DNA of 44,362 nucleotides, taken from the NCBI GenBank assembly GCA_963718515.1, contig OY970354.1:1-44362 (forward strand). The letters run 5' to 3'. The notes under the pieces are model-generated. The model searched no databases. It had not been told where the DNA came from and was given only the letters and a program-made list of their open reading frames with translations. Of the stretch, positions 1 to 6,908 are shown piece after piece (positions within the stretch are counted from its first letter, which is position 1; the number at the start of each line of letters is the position of its first letter). Position numbers and translations under genes: made by a program. This DNA is from an uncultured bacterium. Lineage in GTDB: Bacteria; Patescibacteriota; Minisyncoccia; UBA6257; 2-01-FULL-56-20.

Positions 1-462
1 GCCTAGGGGGCTATCACCCGCTCTGGCGCCGCTTTCCAGACGGCTTTGGCTAACAAAAGATTTTTTTACTCCTCCACCTCCGTATGAATAACGAAGAGTA
101 CGCCACCACCCAAGAGGTGGTTTTATAGCGCGCCCTGCGTTATTCACTGGAGAGCGTTTTCTACTAAACCCCAAGGCTGTGATAAATCACAACCTTAGTT
201 TGGGCTGTTCCCTGTTCTCTCGCCGATACTTGGGGAATAACTGATTTGTTCTTTTTTCCTCCACTTACTGGAATGTTTTACTTCAGTGGGTACGCGAATC
301 GATTGCTCGAAACAATTGAGGGTTACTCAACTAGGTTTCCCCATTCGGAGATCCCCGGATCATAGGTTGCTACGCACCTCCCCGAGGCATATCGTTGCTA
401 CGCCGCGTCCTTCATCGCCTTTTCTAGTCTAGGCATCCACCGTTCGCCCTTATTTGCCAACC
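1..462 (-). rRNA. rrl: 23S rRNA, 5' end (domain I), partial; continues beyond the window start
   Basis: The reverse complement reads GGTTGGCAAATAAGGGCGAACGGTGGATGCCTAGAC...GGCGATGAAGGACGCGGCG...GATCTCCGAATGGGGAAACC...TCTGGAAAGCGGCGCCAGAGCGGGTGATAGCCCC. These are the conserved 5' motifs of bacterial 23S rRNA. ORFs 398..589 and 450..641 are therefore spurious. Confidence 0.9.
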
Positions 463-482
463 ATCCCAATGCTGACTTGCTT

Positions 483-589
483 GTGATGTACACCCCTTTG
501 CAGGGACGGCGTTCTGGTCTGCTGACCAGCCGCCTTGGCGCTCGGCACCTTCGTGCCTCCGCGACACCCTTCAAAGGGGTGTACATCAC
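483..589 (-). other. Long hairpin in the pre-23S leader, ending 20 nt upstream of the mature 23S 5' end; candidate processing (RNase III-type) element
   Basis: fwd 483-500 GTGATGTACACCCCTTTG is the exact reverse complement of fwd 572-589 CAAAGGGGTGTACATCAC, giving 18 perfect bp. About 4 more pairs lie inside, and 71 nt with sub-hairpins separate the arms. Confidence 0.5.
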
Positions 590-880
590 TCGCCGTTAGT
601 GATAAAGAAATTATCACCAACGTCTTGACCCTGTCCGTCACGAGAAATTGACTACATATGCGTATGCAGCGATCGGGCTTACGCCCGACCTAATAGTGAC
701 ACAGGGTCTCCATATTATGTCCTCCGACTCTACAATTCGGAGTTCCGCCAAAAACTGGTGGATGATATTAAGTAACTTCTCCACGGTCGCGAGACCGCGT
801 AAGCTACCAAATAGTCAGAAAAAAAATCAGCCGCCTGGCGGCCGTTCCATCGCGCAAAATACGCGGGGTCAGCCGTCTTG

Positions 881-893
881 CTGTGAAAGATTT
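881..893 (-). promoter_or_regulatory. boxA-like antitermination element in the rRNA leader
   Basis: The minus strand reads AAATCTTTCACAGC about 30 nt downstream of the predicted start. It resembles the rrn boxA core (U)GCUCUUUAACAA. Confidence 0.3.
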
Positions 894-923
894 AGTGTCT
901 TTACCATTCGTATCTTAGGGATA

Positions 924-951
924 AGTATACTCGGCCCGCGGACGGTGTCAA
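924..951 (-). promoter_or_regulatory. sigma70-type promoter for the 23S rRNA
   Basis: The minus strand reads TTGACA (fwd 946-951), a 16-nt spacer, then TATACT (fwd 924-929). It sits directly after the tRNA-Pro terminator and a C7 run. Confidence 0.55.
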
Positions 952-958
952 GGGGGGG

Positions 959-1033
959 TAAAAAAATCAGAGAAAACAAACACCCCTTTGCCGAATTATT
1001 CTTATCACGAGGCAAAGGGGTGTTTGTTTTCTC
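959..1033 (-). terminator. Intrinsic terminator abutting the tRNA-Pro 3' end
   Basis: fwd 970-992 GAGAAAACAAACACCCCTTTGCC and fwd 1011-1033 GGCAAAGGGGTGTTTGTTTTCTC form a perfect 23-bp stem with an 18-nt loop. On the minus strand it is followed by TGA and T7. Confidence 0.65.
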
Positions 1034-1107
1034 TGGTCGGGCCGCCGGGAATCGAACCCGGTCTTTACGCACCCGAATCGCACGTACTACCGGTATACTA
1101 CGGCCCG
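1034..1107 (-). tRNA. tRNA-Pro (anticodon CGG), CCA encoded
   Basis: 74-nt cloverleaf: CGGGCCG-TA-GTAT-ACCGGTA-GTAC-G-TGCGA-TTCGGGT-GCGTA-AAGA-CCGGG-TTCGATT-CCCGG-CGGCCCG-A-CCA. It has a 7-bp acceptor stem, GG in the D loop, a canonical T loop, U33, G37, and the C1:G72/A73 pattern typical of Pro. Position 31:39 is an A/G mismatch, so the isotype is slightly uncertain. Confidence 0.8.
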
Positions 1108-1120
1108 TAGATACCAAGGT

Positions 1121-1149
1121 ATTTAAGCGCGTTTTGGAAAAGAATTCAA
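1121..1149 (-). promoter_or_regulatory. Possible promoter for tRNA-Pro
   Basis: The minus strand reads TTGAAT (fwd 1144-1149), a 17-nt spacer, then TTAAAT (fwd 1121-1126), 13 nt before the tRNA 5' end. Confidence 0.3.
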
Positions 1150-1237
1150 CCAATCCTCCCAGGTTAGAACATTACCTTTAACAAGTGAAGAAGCCGGTCC
1201 GACTCCGGTCAGGTCAGGTCCACAGCGCGGAAAGTAT

Positions 1238-1669
1238 TTATTTACTCCCCGTTGTTCCAAATCCGCCGCGTGTCTTGTTCGGCATCTCGTCCACTTCGCT
1301 CCATTCGGGATGGGAGATATTTACGAACGTACCCTGCGCGATGCGTTCCCCTTTTTCGATCACGACCGGCGCGGGGGAAAAATTATAGTATGCCGCTTTG
1401 ATCTCGTCCTCGTTGCCGGAAAAATCCGGATCGATGATGCCGATGCCGTTCGCCATCATCAAACCTTTTTTATGCGTGCCGCTCCGGGCCGCAACCAACA
1501 AAAAATGGTCGGCGGGCGCTTCGATCGCTACATTCAGCGGAACATAGCCGATCTTCCCCGGCTCGATTGTCACCGCCTCACGCGCGGTCAGGTCGAATGC
1601 CGCCGCGCCCTCGGTCTGGCGCTTGGGCAATGGCAGGTCTTTGTCGAATCGTTTTATTTTTATGTTCAT
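1238..1669 (-). CDS. dut: dUTP diphosphatase (dUTPase)
   Basis: 143-aa ORF with dUTPase motifs: AAAFDL, ARSG, GIIDPDFSG, and the C-terminal RGGFGTTG. Confidence 0.9.
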   Translation of the reverse strand: MNIKIKRFDKDLPLPKRQTEGAAAFDLTAREAVTIEPGKIGYVPLNVAIEAPADHFLLVAARSGTHKKGLMMANGIGIIDPDFSGNEDEIKAAYYNFSPAPVVIEKGERIAQGTFVNISHPEWSEVDEMPNKTRGGFGTTGSK

Positions 1670-1686
1670 GATGGTGTTTGTGGTAA

Positions 1687-3144
1687 TTACTTCACGTGAT
1701 GCTTCTCTTTTATATCATTATCCATTTCCATTTCCGCCTCACGCTTTTTTTTCTGCGCTTGCGCAAAGAGTCCGCGCAATTCCGCATCATCCAACTTATT
1801 GAACTCCTTCGCCCGCTTTTGCAAATATTTTTTCTCGTTTTTCGCCGGATCATCGATCACTTCTTCCATAAGTGCGTTCAGGATCCAACCGACGCGCATG
1901 GACTGGGGCAGGCCGAGGAGCGGCATCAGCTCATCGCCGCCGAGCGCGAGCATCTTCGGCGAAAGCGGATCACGCTTTACCTTCTCTATCATAAAGAGCA
2001 AATGGCGCAGACGGTACGGCATCGCTTTTTTGACGCCGGAGCCGATCCGGTCCGCTTCACGAACTTTTAATAGATCGTCGATGTTCTCCGGACCGACGCG
2101 AACCACGAACCGCCGCACGCCGGCAGGCGAGATGACGCCCGTGTCGTAATAAAACATGTGCGAGCGGATGAGATGTCCGACAGCCTCCACAAAATCTTTT
2201 GGGAAGCGCAGTCGGTCAAGCGCTTTGACCGCCATGCGCGCACCGACGTACTCATGCTGGTAGAACGTCGAATCGGGTCCGTCACCACCTTTCACCTTCG
2301 GCTTCCCCACGTCGTGGAGCAACGCCGCCATACGCACCACGAGCGAGTAATTCTCGCGCGCGGTGTACTCGAGCGCGCGGACGTTGTGCTCGAACACGGT
2401 GTAAATGTGATGCTTGTTCTGCCCGACGCCGAGCCCCTCGCGCAGTTCCGGCAAAACGTAGCGAAGCAGGTCGAGCTCTTCCAATAAGATGATGCCTTTC
2501 CCCGCGTTCGGCGTCATCAAAATCTTCACGAGTTCATCGCGCACACGCTCTTTTGCAATCGACTCCAATCCGCCCGCGAGTTTGACGATCGCGCGGCGCG
2601 TGTTCATCTCGATCTCAAAATCCAGTTCCACAGAAAATCGCACCGCACGCATCAAGCGCAATGCATCTTCCGAAAACCGTTCTTCCGGGGCGCCCACGGT
2701 GCGGATCACGCGGTCTTTGATGTCGCGCTCGCCGCCGAACGGGTCGATCACGTCGCCCTTCAAATTCATCGCAAGCGCGTTCACGGTGAAGTCGCGGCGC
2801 GAAAGATCGTCCTCTATATTAGAGGCAAACTTCACTTCGTCCGGATGCCGCTTGTCCGTGTATTTCCCTTCAATGCGATAGGTCGTGACCTGAATGATGG
2901 CGAGCGCGGGATCTGCGGATTCGGTTTTGATACCCACGGTGCCAAAATCATTCTCGTACACGCTGTCGGGAAATAATCTCTGGATCTCCGCCGGCTTCGC
3001 GTCCGTCGCCACATCCCAATCTTTCGGCGCGCGGCCAATCAGCATATCGCGTACACACCCTCCCACCAGGTACGCCTCAAATCCCGCTTCCGCAAGCGTC
3101 TTTGAAATCGCTATGACCTCCACCGGAACCTCGCTCTTCTTCAT
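1687..3144 (-). CDS. cca: CCA-adding tRNA nucleotidyltransferase with HD domain
   Basis: 485-aa ORF. It has the N-terminal GGCVRDMLIGRAPKDWDVAT polymerase-beta nucleotidyltransferase signature, RRDFTVNA, and an HD region (LLHDVGK). Confidence 0.9.
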   Translation of the reverse strand: MKKSEVPVEVIAISKTLAEAGFEAYLVGGCVRDMLIGRAPKDWDVATDAKPAEIQRLFPDSVYENDFGTVGIKTESADPALAIIQVTTYRIEGKYTDKRHPDEVKFASNIEDDLSRRDFTVNALAMNLKGDVIDPFGGERDIKDRVIRTVGAPEERFSEDALRLMRAVRFSVELDFEIEMNTRRAIVKLAGGLESIAKERVRDELVKILMTPNAGKGIILLEELDLLRYVLPELREGLGVGQNKHHIYTVFEHNVRALEYTARENYSLVVRMAALLHDVGKPKVKGGDGPDSTFYQHEYVGARMAVKALDRLRFPKDFVEAVGHLIRSHMFYYDTGVISPAGVRRFVVRVGPENIDDLLKVREADRIGSGVKKAMPYRLRHLLFMIEKVKRDPLSPKMLALGGDELMPLLGLPQSMRVGWILNALMEEVIDDPAKNEKKYLQKRAKEFNKLDDAELRGLFAQAQKKKREAEMEMDNDIKEKHHVK

Positions 3145-3166
3145 TCTTTCATTGTACCCTAACGAG

Positions 3167-4297
3167 CTACCGCACGGTCGCGCCGAATTCCTCCGCGGTC
3201 TTTTTCTCCAATGTGTGATGCAATACGTCCACCTCCTCGTTCGTAAGCGTCCGGTCGTTCGCGCGGTACGTCACGCGGTAGGCGTAGCTCTTTTTATCCA
3301 CGCCGAACTTTTCGTCGTTCGCATACTCGTCAATAAGCGCCACCTGCTCCACAAGATCGCCCGCGATGTCGCGCACAAGGTCAAAGTAATCGTTCGGCGC
3401 GAATGTTTTGGGCACGATAAAAGAAATATCGCGGACGACCGGCGGATATTTGCTGACCTCGACGAACTTCACGCCCATATGCAATTGCTTCTTGACACGT
3501 TCGTCCGCAGACCATAGTAATCGGATATCAGGCAACTCCATGCTGATGATGGCAAGGCGCTCGAGGCCAAAGCCGAAGGCCCAGCCATTATATCCCTCCA
3601 AACCAAAGTTCTTCATCACGCTCTTCTTTGGCATGCCGCCGCCGAGAATCTCGATCCACTGTCCGTTCACGTCAACCTCCACCTGGAGCGACGGGTCGGT
3701 GTACGGAAATGTGTCGTCGAGAAAACGGTATTTCGTATCCGCCCCGAACAAACTTTTTACGATCTGGCTCAACGCATTGCGAAGGTCGTCGAGCGTCAAT
3801 GTTTTTTCCGAATCCGGCACCATGTACAATCCCCCGAACTGATGGAAGATGTTCATGTGGCGCCGGTCGATCTCGTCCTTGCGAAATACTTTTCCATAGC
3901 AGGTGACGCCGAACGATTCGCCGCGCGCGATGCGCTCTTTCACTTCCGGCAACTGCAAATAGTAGTACCACATGACAGTGTCATGCGTGCGTAAAATATT
4001 TTTCTCGTCTAAATAATATGTGTCCGACTTGCTCCGCGCCGGATGGTCGGCGGCAAAGTTAAAAAGGTCGAAGCTGATCGCGGCCGGCACCACTTGCGGT
4101 ATCACAACATTATCGAATCCCGCGAGCGCCGGTACGGCACACGCGCGTTCGACGATCTCATAGAGCGGACTGCCCGGCGTGCGCGAAAGATCCGGCATCC
4201 CGAGATAGCGCCGGATCCGCTCCGCCTCCGCATCGGTGCGCACCTTGAGCGATTCCAAGATCCTCATCTGCTCCTCAACCGGGATCGTATATTCCAT
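3167..4297 (-). CDS. pheS: Phenylalanine-tRNA ligase, single-chain type: alpha-like catalytic core fused to a C-terminal FDX-ACB domain
   Basis: Class II motifs FRKDEIDRRHMNIFHQFGG and GWAFGFGLERLAII are present. The C-terminal ~110 aa, KYPPVVRDISFIV...DLVEQVALIDEY...SYAYRVTYRANDRTLT, forms the FDX-ACB domain. I place the start at MEYTIPVEEQ (fwd 4297); the ORF is open to 4333. Confidence 0.9.
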   Translation of the reverse strand: MEYTIPVEEQMRILESLKVRTDAEAERIRRYLGMPDLSRTPGSPLYEIVERACAVPALAGFDNVVIPQVVPAAISFDLFNFAADHPARSKSDTYYLDEKNILRTHDTVMWYYYLQLPEVKERIARGESFGVTCYGKVFRKDEIDRRHMNIFHQFGGLYMVPDSEKTLTLDDLRNALSQIVKSLFGADTKYRFLDDTFPYTDPSLQVEVDVNGQWIEILGGGMPKKSVMKNFGLEGYNGWAFGFGLERLAIISMELPDIRLLWSADERVKKQLHMGVKFVEVSKYPPVVRDISFIVPKTFAPNDYFDLVRDIAGDLVEQVALIDEYANDEKFGVDKKSYAYRVTYRANDRTLTNEEVDVLHHTLEKKTAEEFGATVR

Positions 4298-4373
4298 AAT
4301 GCTGATGGTATCAAAAAGGATGCCGAAGGGCAATTATTCCTATCACGAGGCGAGGAGCGGTTATTGGATTGAG

Positions 4374-4448
4374 TGGTGCCGACGGCAGGGATCGAACCTG
4401 CGACCTTGGCCTTATGAAAGCCCTGCTCTACCACTGAGCTACGTCGGC
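4374..4448 (-). tRNA. tRNA with anticodon CAT (elongator Met, or Ile2 if lysidine-modified), CCA encoded
   Basis: 75-nt cloverleaf: GCCGACG-TA-GCTC-AGTGGTA-GAGC-A-GGGCT-TTCATAA-GGCCA-AGGTC-GCAGG-TTCGATC-CCTGC-CGTCGGC-A-CCA. The G1:C72 pair argues against an initiator. Confidence 0.85.
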
Positions 4449-4460
4449 AATTGCACACTT

Positions 4461-4488
4461 ACTATACAAAAAAAAGATTCGAACGCAA
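4461..4488 (-). promoter_or_regulatory. Possible promoter for tRNA-CAT
   Basis: The minus strand reads TTGCGT (fwd 4483-4488), a 16-nt spacer, then TATAGT (fwd 4461-4466), 12 nt before the tRNA 5' end. Confidence 0.3.
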
Positions 4489-4516
4489 ATATGGTACGAA
4501 TTTTTTTCTTTCTCCC

Positions 4517-6811
4517 CTAATACTTCTTCTCCATCACCCCTCGGGTCAGTGCTCCAAAGAATCCAGTCGCGGGCGATATCCCATTGGCTTTCTGCCACTT
4601 GGCTAAGGCAGCGGCGGTCTTTGCGCCGAAATAGATGGCTTCATTGCCGGGAGATCCTGCACCGGTTGCTGCCACGGTATACCCGTTGTCATTCAGGAAC
4701 ATCTGCAGATTCTTTACGTCTTGCCCCGAGGATCCGATCGTGAGGTTTCGGGTGAAGGTTGCGACAAGCTGGGTGTTCAACTGCGTGATGAGGGACTCAA
4801 GCTCGGCAAGCAGGGTCTGTAAGAGGGCTTCAAGATCGGTTGATCCTGGAGGAACTGACTGGGTTGAGGATGAGGTTGAAGACGATGAAGAGCCAGAGCC
4901 ACCAGAGCCAGAGCCTGATCCACCGCCCCCCCCGCCACCACCACCGCCACCACCTTGTGCCTGGTTCTCCACGTTCACAGTAATAGCGGTTGAGTTGGTA
5001 TTGTCCGAAGTGTCCGTGGAAAGGGCAGTGATCGTATGATTCCCATTCGCAAGTGCCGTTGTATCAAGCGACTCAGTCCATGAACTTGTGCCATTCGCTG
5101 ATGCATAGCTTCCTCCGTCAATTGAGATGCCAACACTCGCGACAGCCACATTGTCTGAGGCAGCACCGGAGATCGTGATCACACCCGAGACGGTTGCGTT
5201 GTTTGTGGGACTTGTGATCGCAATGGAGGGAGGAATGGTATCGCCTCCTGCTTGGGTCGTACCTGATACGGGAGATGACGATGAGCTGTTGTTGCCAGCG
5301 GCATCATAGGCGGAGACGGTGTACGTGTAGGTGGTTGAGGGGGTGAGGCCGGTGTCCGTGAAGTTCGTGGTAGGAGTCGTCCCTGCTTGGGTGCCATTGC
5401 GGATCACCTTGTATCCTGTGACGCCCACGTTGTCTGAGCTTGGACTCCAGGTAAGGGAGATGGTTGAGGTGGTGACGCCGATCACTTGGAGATTGGTTGG
5501 GGTCGTGGGGGGTTGGGTGTCAGAGGATGAAGCATTCTGCACGGTCACATTCACGGCTGAGGAGATCGTCTGATTGTTTGAGGTGTCTTTCGCCAGTGCC
5601 GTGATTGCGTGAGATCCATTCGCGACGCTGTTCGAGTTCCAAGCATACGTATATGGCGGGGTGGTGATGGGAGAGCCAATCAAGGTTCCGTCAATCCTGA
5701 ACTGTACGGATGCGACGGCCACATTGTCTGATGCGGTTGCGGCGAGGGCGACGGTTCCCGAGACGGTCGCGCCATTCACGGGTGCGGTCATGCTGACCGT
5801 GGGCGGTTGCGTGTCCACAAACTTGGTTGATCCTTGGACCGGGGAAGATGCGGCAGAGTTGTTGCCCGCGGCATCGTAGGCGGAGACGGCATACGAATAC
5901 GTGCTTGATGGGGTGAGCCCTGTGTCATTGAAACTCGTATTCGCGGTTGTGCCGATCTGGACGCTCGGGGTACAGACGCCAGCACAGCGGTAGATCTTGT
6001 AGCCCGTGACACCGACGTTGTCGACGGATGCGGTCCAGCTGAGCGAGATGGTTGAGGTCGTGGTTCCCGTGACCGCAAGATTGGTGGGGACGGTTGGCGG
6101 TTGGGTGTCAGGATTCGTGACGGTGACCGTGACGCTTGCGGAGGTGCCCACATTTCCTGCCGCATCGTAGGCCTTCGCCGATAGCACATGCGTTCCATTC
6201 GATGCCGTCGTTGTGTTCCAACTCCAGGTGAAGGGCGATGATGAGTCGGTGGCAACAAGGACATTGTCGAGATAGAACTGGACGGAGGTGACGCCGACAT
6301 TGTCAGAGGCGGTGGCTGCGACCGTGATAGTGGATGAGACGGTGGCTCCTGAGAGCGGCGAGGTGATGGAGACGGTGGGAGGCTGGGTATCTTGATTTCC
6401 TGAAGTGATCGCGCTCACGGCTGATGACTCTGACGACGTATTGCCGTTCGTGTCATATGCGGCAACCGCATATGAATATGTAGTGGATGCAGTGAGTCCC
6501 GTATCCGTGTATGCGGTATTCCCCGTTGTTCCAACCTGGACGCTCGGAGTGCAAACGCCTGTGCAAGATTGGGTAATAACTTGAGTCCCCTTACTCGTGT
6601 TTTTATATGCGAATGTGAAGCGCGGCAATCGATTGAAGTCAGCCCGGCCAGCCTGAAAAATCCTGAATTGGCCAATTGTTCCCTGCTCCTCGGAGATACC
6701 ATTGAAGTGAGGGCGACGGGCAGGCAGGATTCGGTGCTCATCAGATTCATCAGCACCAAGATGAAGGATGATGCCCGCGATGAACATTCCGGCTGTGAGC
6801 TCGGAAAACAA
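4517..6811 (-). CDS. Wall-associated surface protein A (764 aa): FN3 and Ig-like repeats, poly-Gly/Ser linker, C-terminal peptidoglycan-binding domain; N-terminus atypical with no signal peptide
   Basis: - FN3 units are present (PPTVPTNLAVTGTTTSTISLSWTASVDNVGVTGYKIYR...YSYAVSAYDAAGN).
- Ig-like units are present (TQPPTVSITSPLSGATVSSTITVAATASDNVGV).
- A G11-(SG)n run is followed by FTRNLTIGSSGQDVKNLQMFLNDNGY...YFGAKTAAALAKWQKANGI.
- The first ~85 aa are unrelated, and the ORF starts inside half an FN3 unit. Confidence 0.75.
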   Translation of the reverse strand: MFSELTAGMFIAGIILHLGADESDEHRILPARRPHFNGISEEQGTIGQFRIFQAGRADFNRLPRFTFAYKNTSKGTQVITQSCTGVCTPSVQVGTTGNTAYTDTGLTASTTYSYAVAAYDTNGNTSSESSAVSAITSGNQDTQPPTVSITSPLSGATVSSTITVAATASDNVGVTSVQFYLDNVLVATDSSSPFTWSWNTTTASNGTHVLSAKAYDAAGNVGTSASVTVTVTNPDTQPPTVPTNLAVTGTTTSTISLSWTASVDNVGVTGYKIYRCAGVCTPSVQIGTTANTSFNDTGLTPSSTYSYAVSAYDAAGNNSAASSPVQGSTKFVDTQPPTVSMTAPVNGATVSGTVALAATASDNVAVASVQFRIDGTLIGSPITTPPYTYAWNSNSVANGSHAITALAKDTSNNQTISSAVNVTVQNASSSDTQPPTTPTNLQVIGVTTSTISLTWSPSSDNVGVTGYKVIRNGTQAGTTPTTNFTDTGLTPSTTYTYTVSAYDAAGNNSSSSSPVSGTTQAGGDTIPPSIAITSPTNNATVSGVITISGAASDNVAVASVGISIDGGSYASANGTSSWTESLDTTALANGNHTITALSTDTSDNTNSTAITVNVENQAQGGGGGGGGGGGGSGSGSGGSGSSSSSTSSSTQSVPPGSTDLEALLQTLLAELESLITQLNTQLVATFTRNLTIGSSGQDVKNLQMFLNDNGYTVAATGAGSPGNEAIYFGAKTAAALAKWQKANGISPATGFFGALTRGVMEKKY

Positions 6812-6876
6812 TTCTTCTTGGAACGAAAGCGATATCTGGAACTTCGCGAGAAATATAACGAACTAAGAAATTCGGA

Positions 6877-6897
6877 GGGTCGCTATTATAGCGGCCC
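6877..6897 (-). terminator. Possible terminator after giant gene B
   Basis: fwd GGGTCGCTATTATAGCGGCCC forms a 7/8-bp GC-rich stem with a 5-nt loop. It lies 12 nt after the stop and is followed on the minus strand by a moderately T-rich tract. Confidence 0.35.
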
Positions 6898-6908
6898 TTT
6901 CTCTTCCT

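Noticed and set aside
398-1181. ORFs 398..589, 450..641, 648..1181 and 869..1153.
   Set aside because: They overlap the 23S rRNA 5' domain, its leader and tRNA-Pro, so they are not coding.
1195-1225. GGTCAGGTCAGGTCC downstream of dut is reminiscent of the SRP (4.5S) RNA CAGGUCCGGAAGGAAGCAGC box.
   Set aside because: Only the AGGTCC part matches. There is no GGAA tetraloop context and no symmetric-loop partner, so it more likely belongs to a weak dut terminator region.
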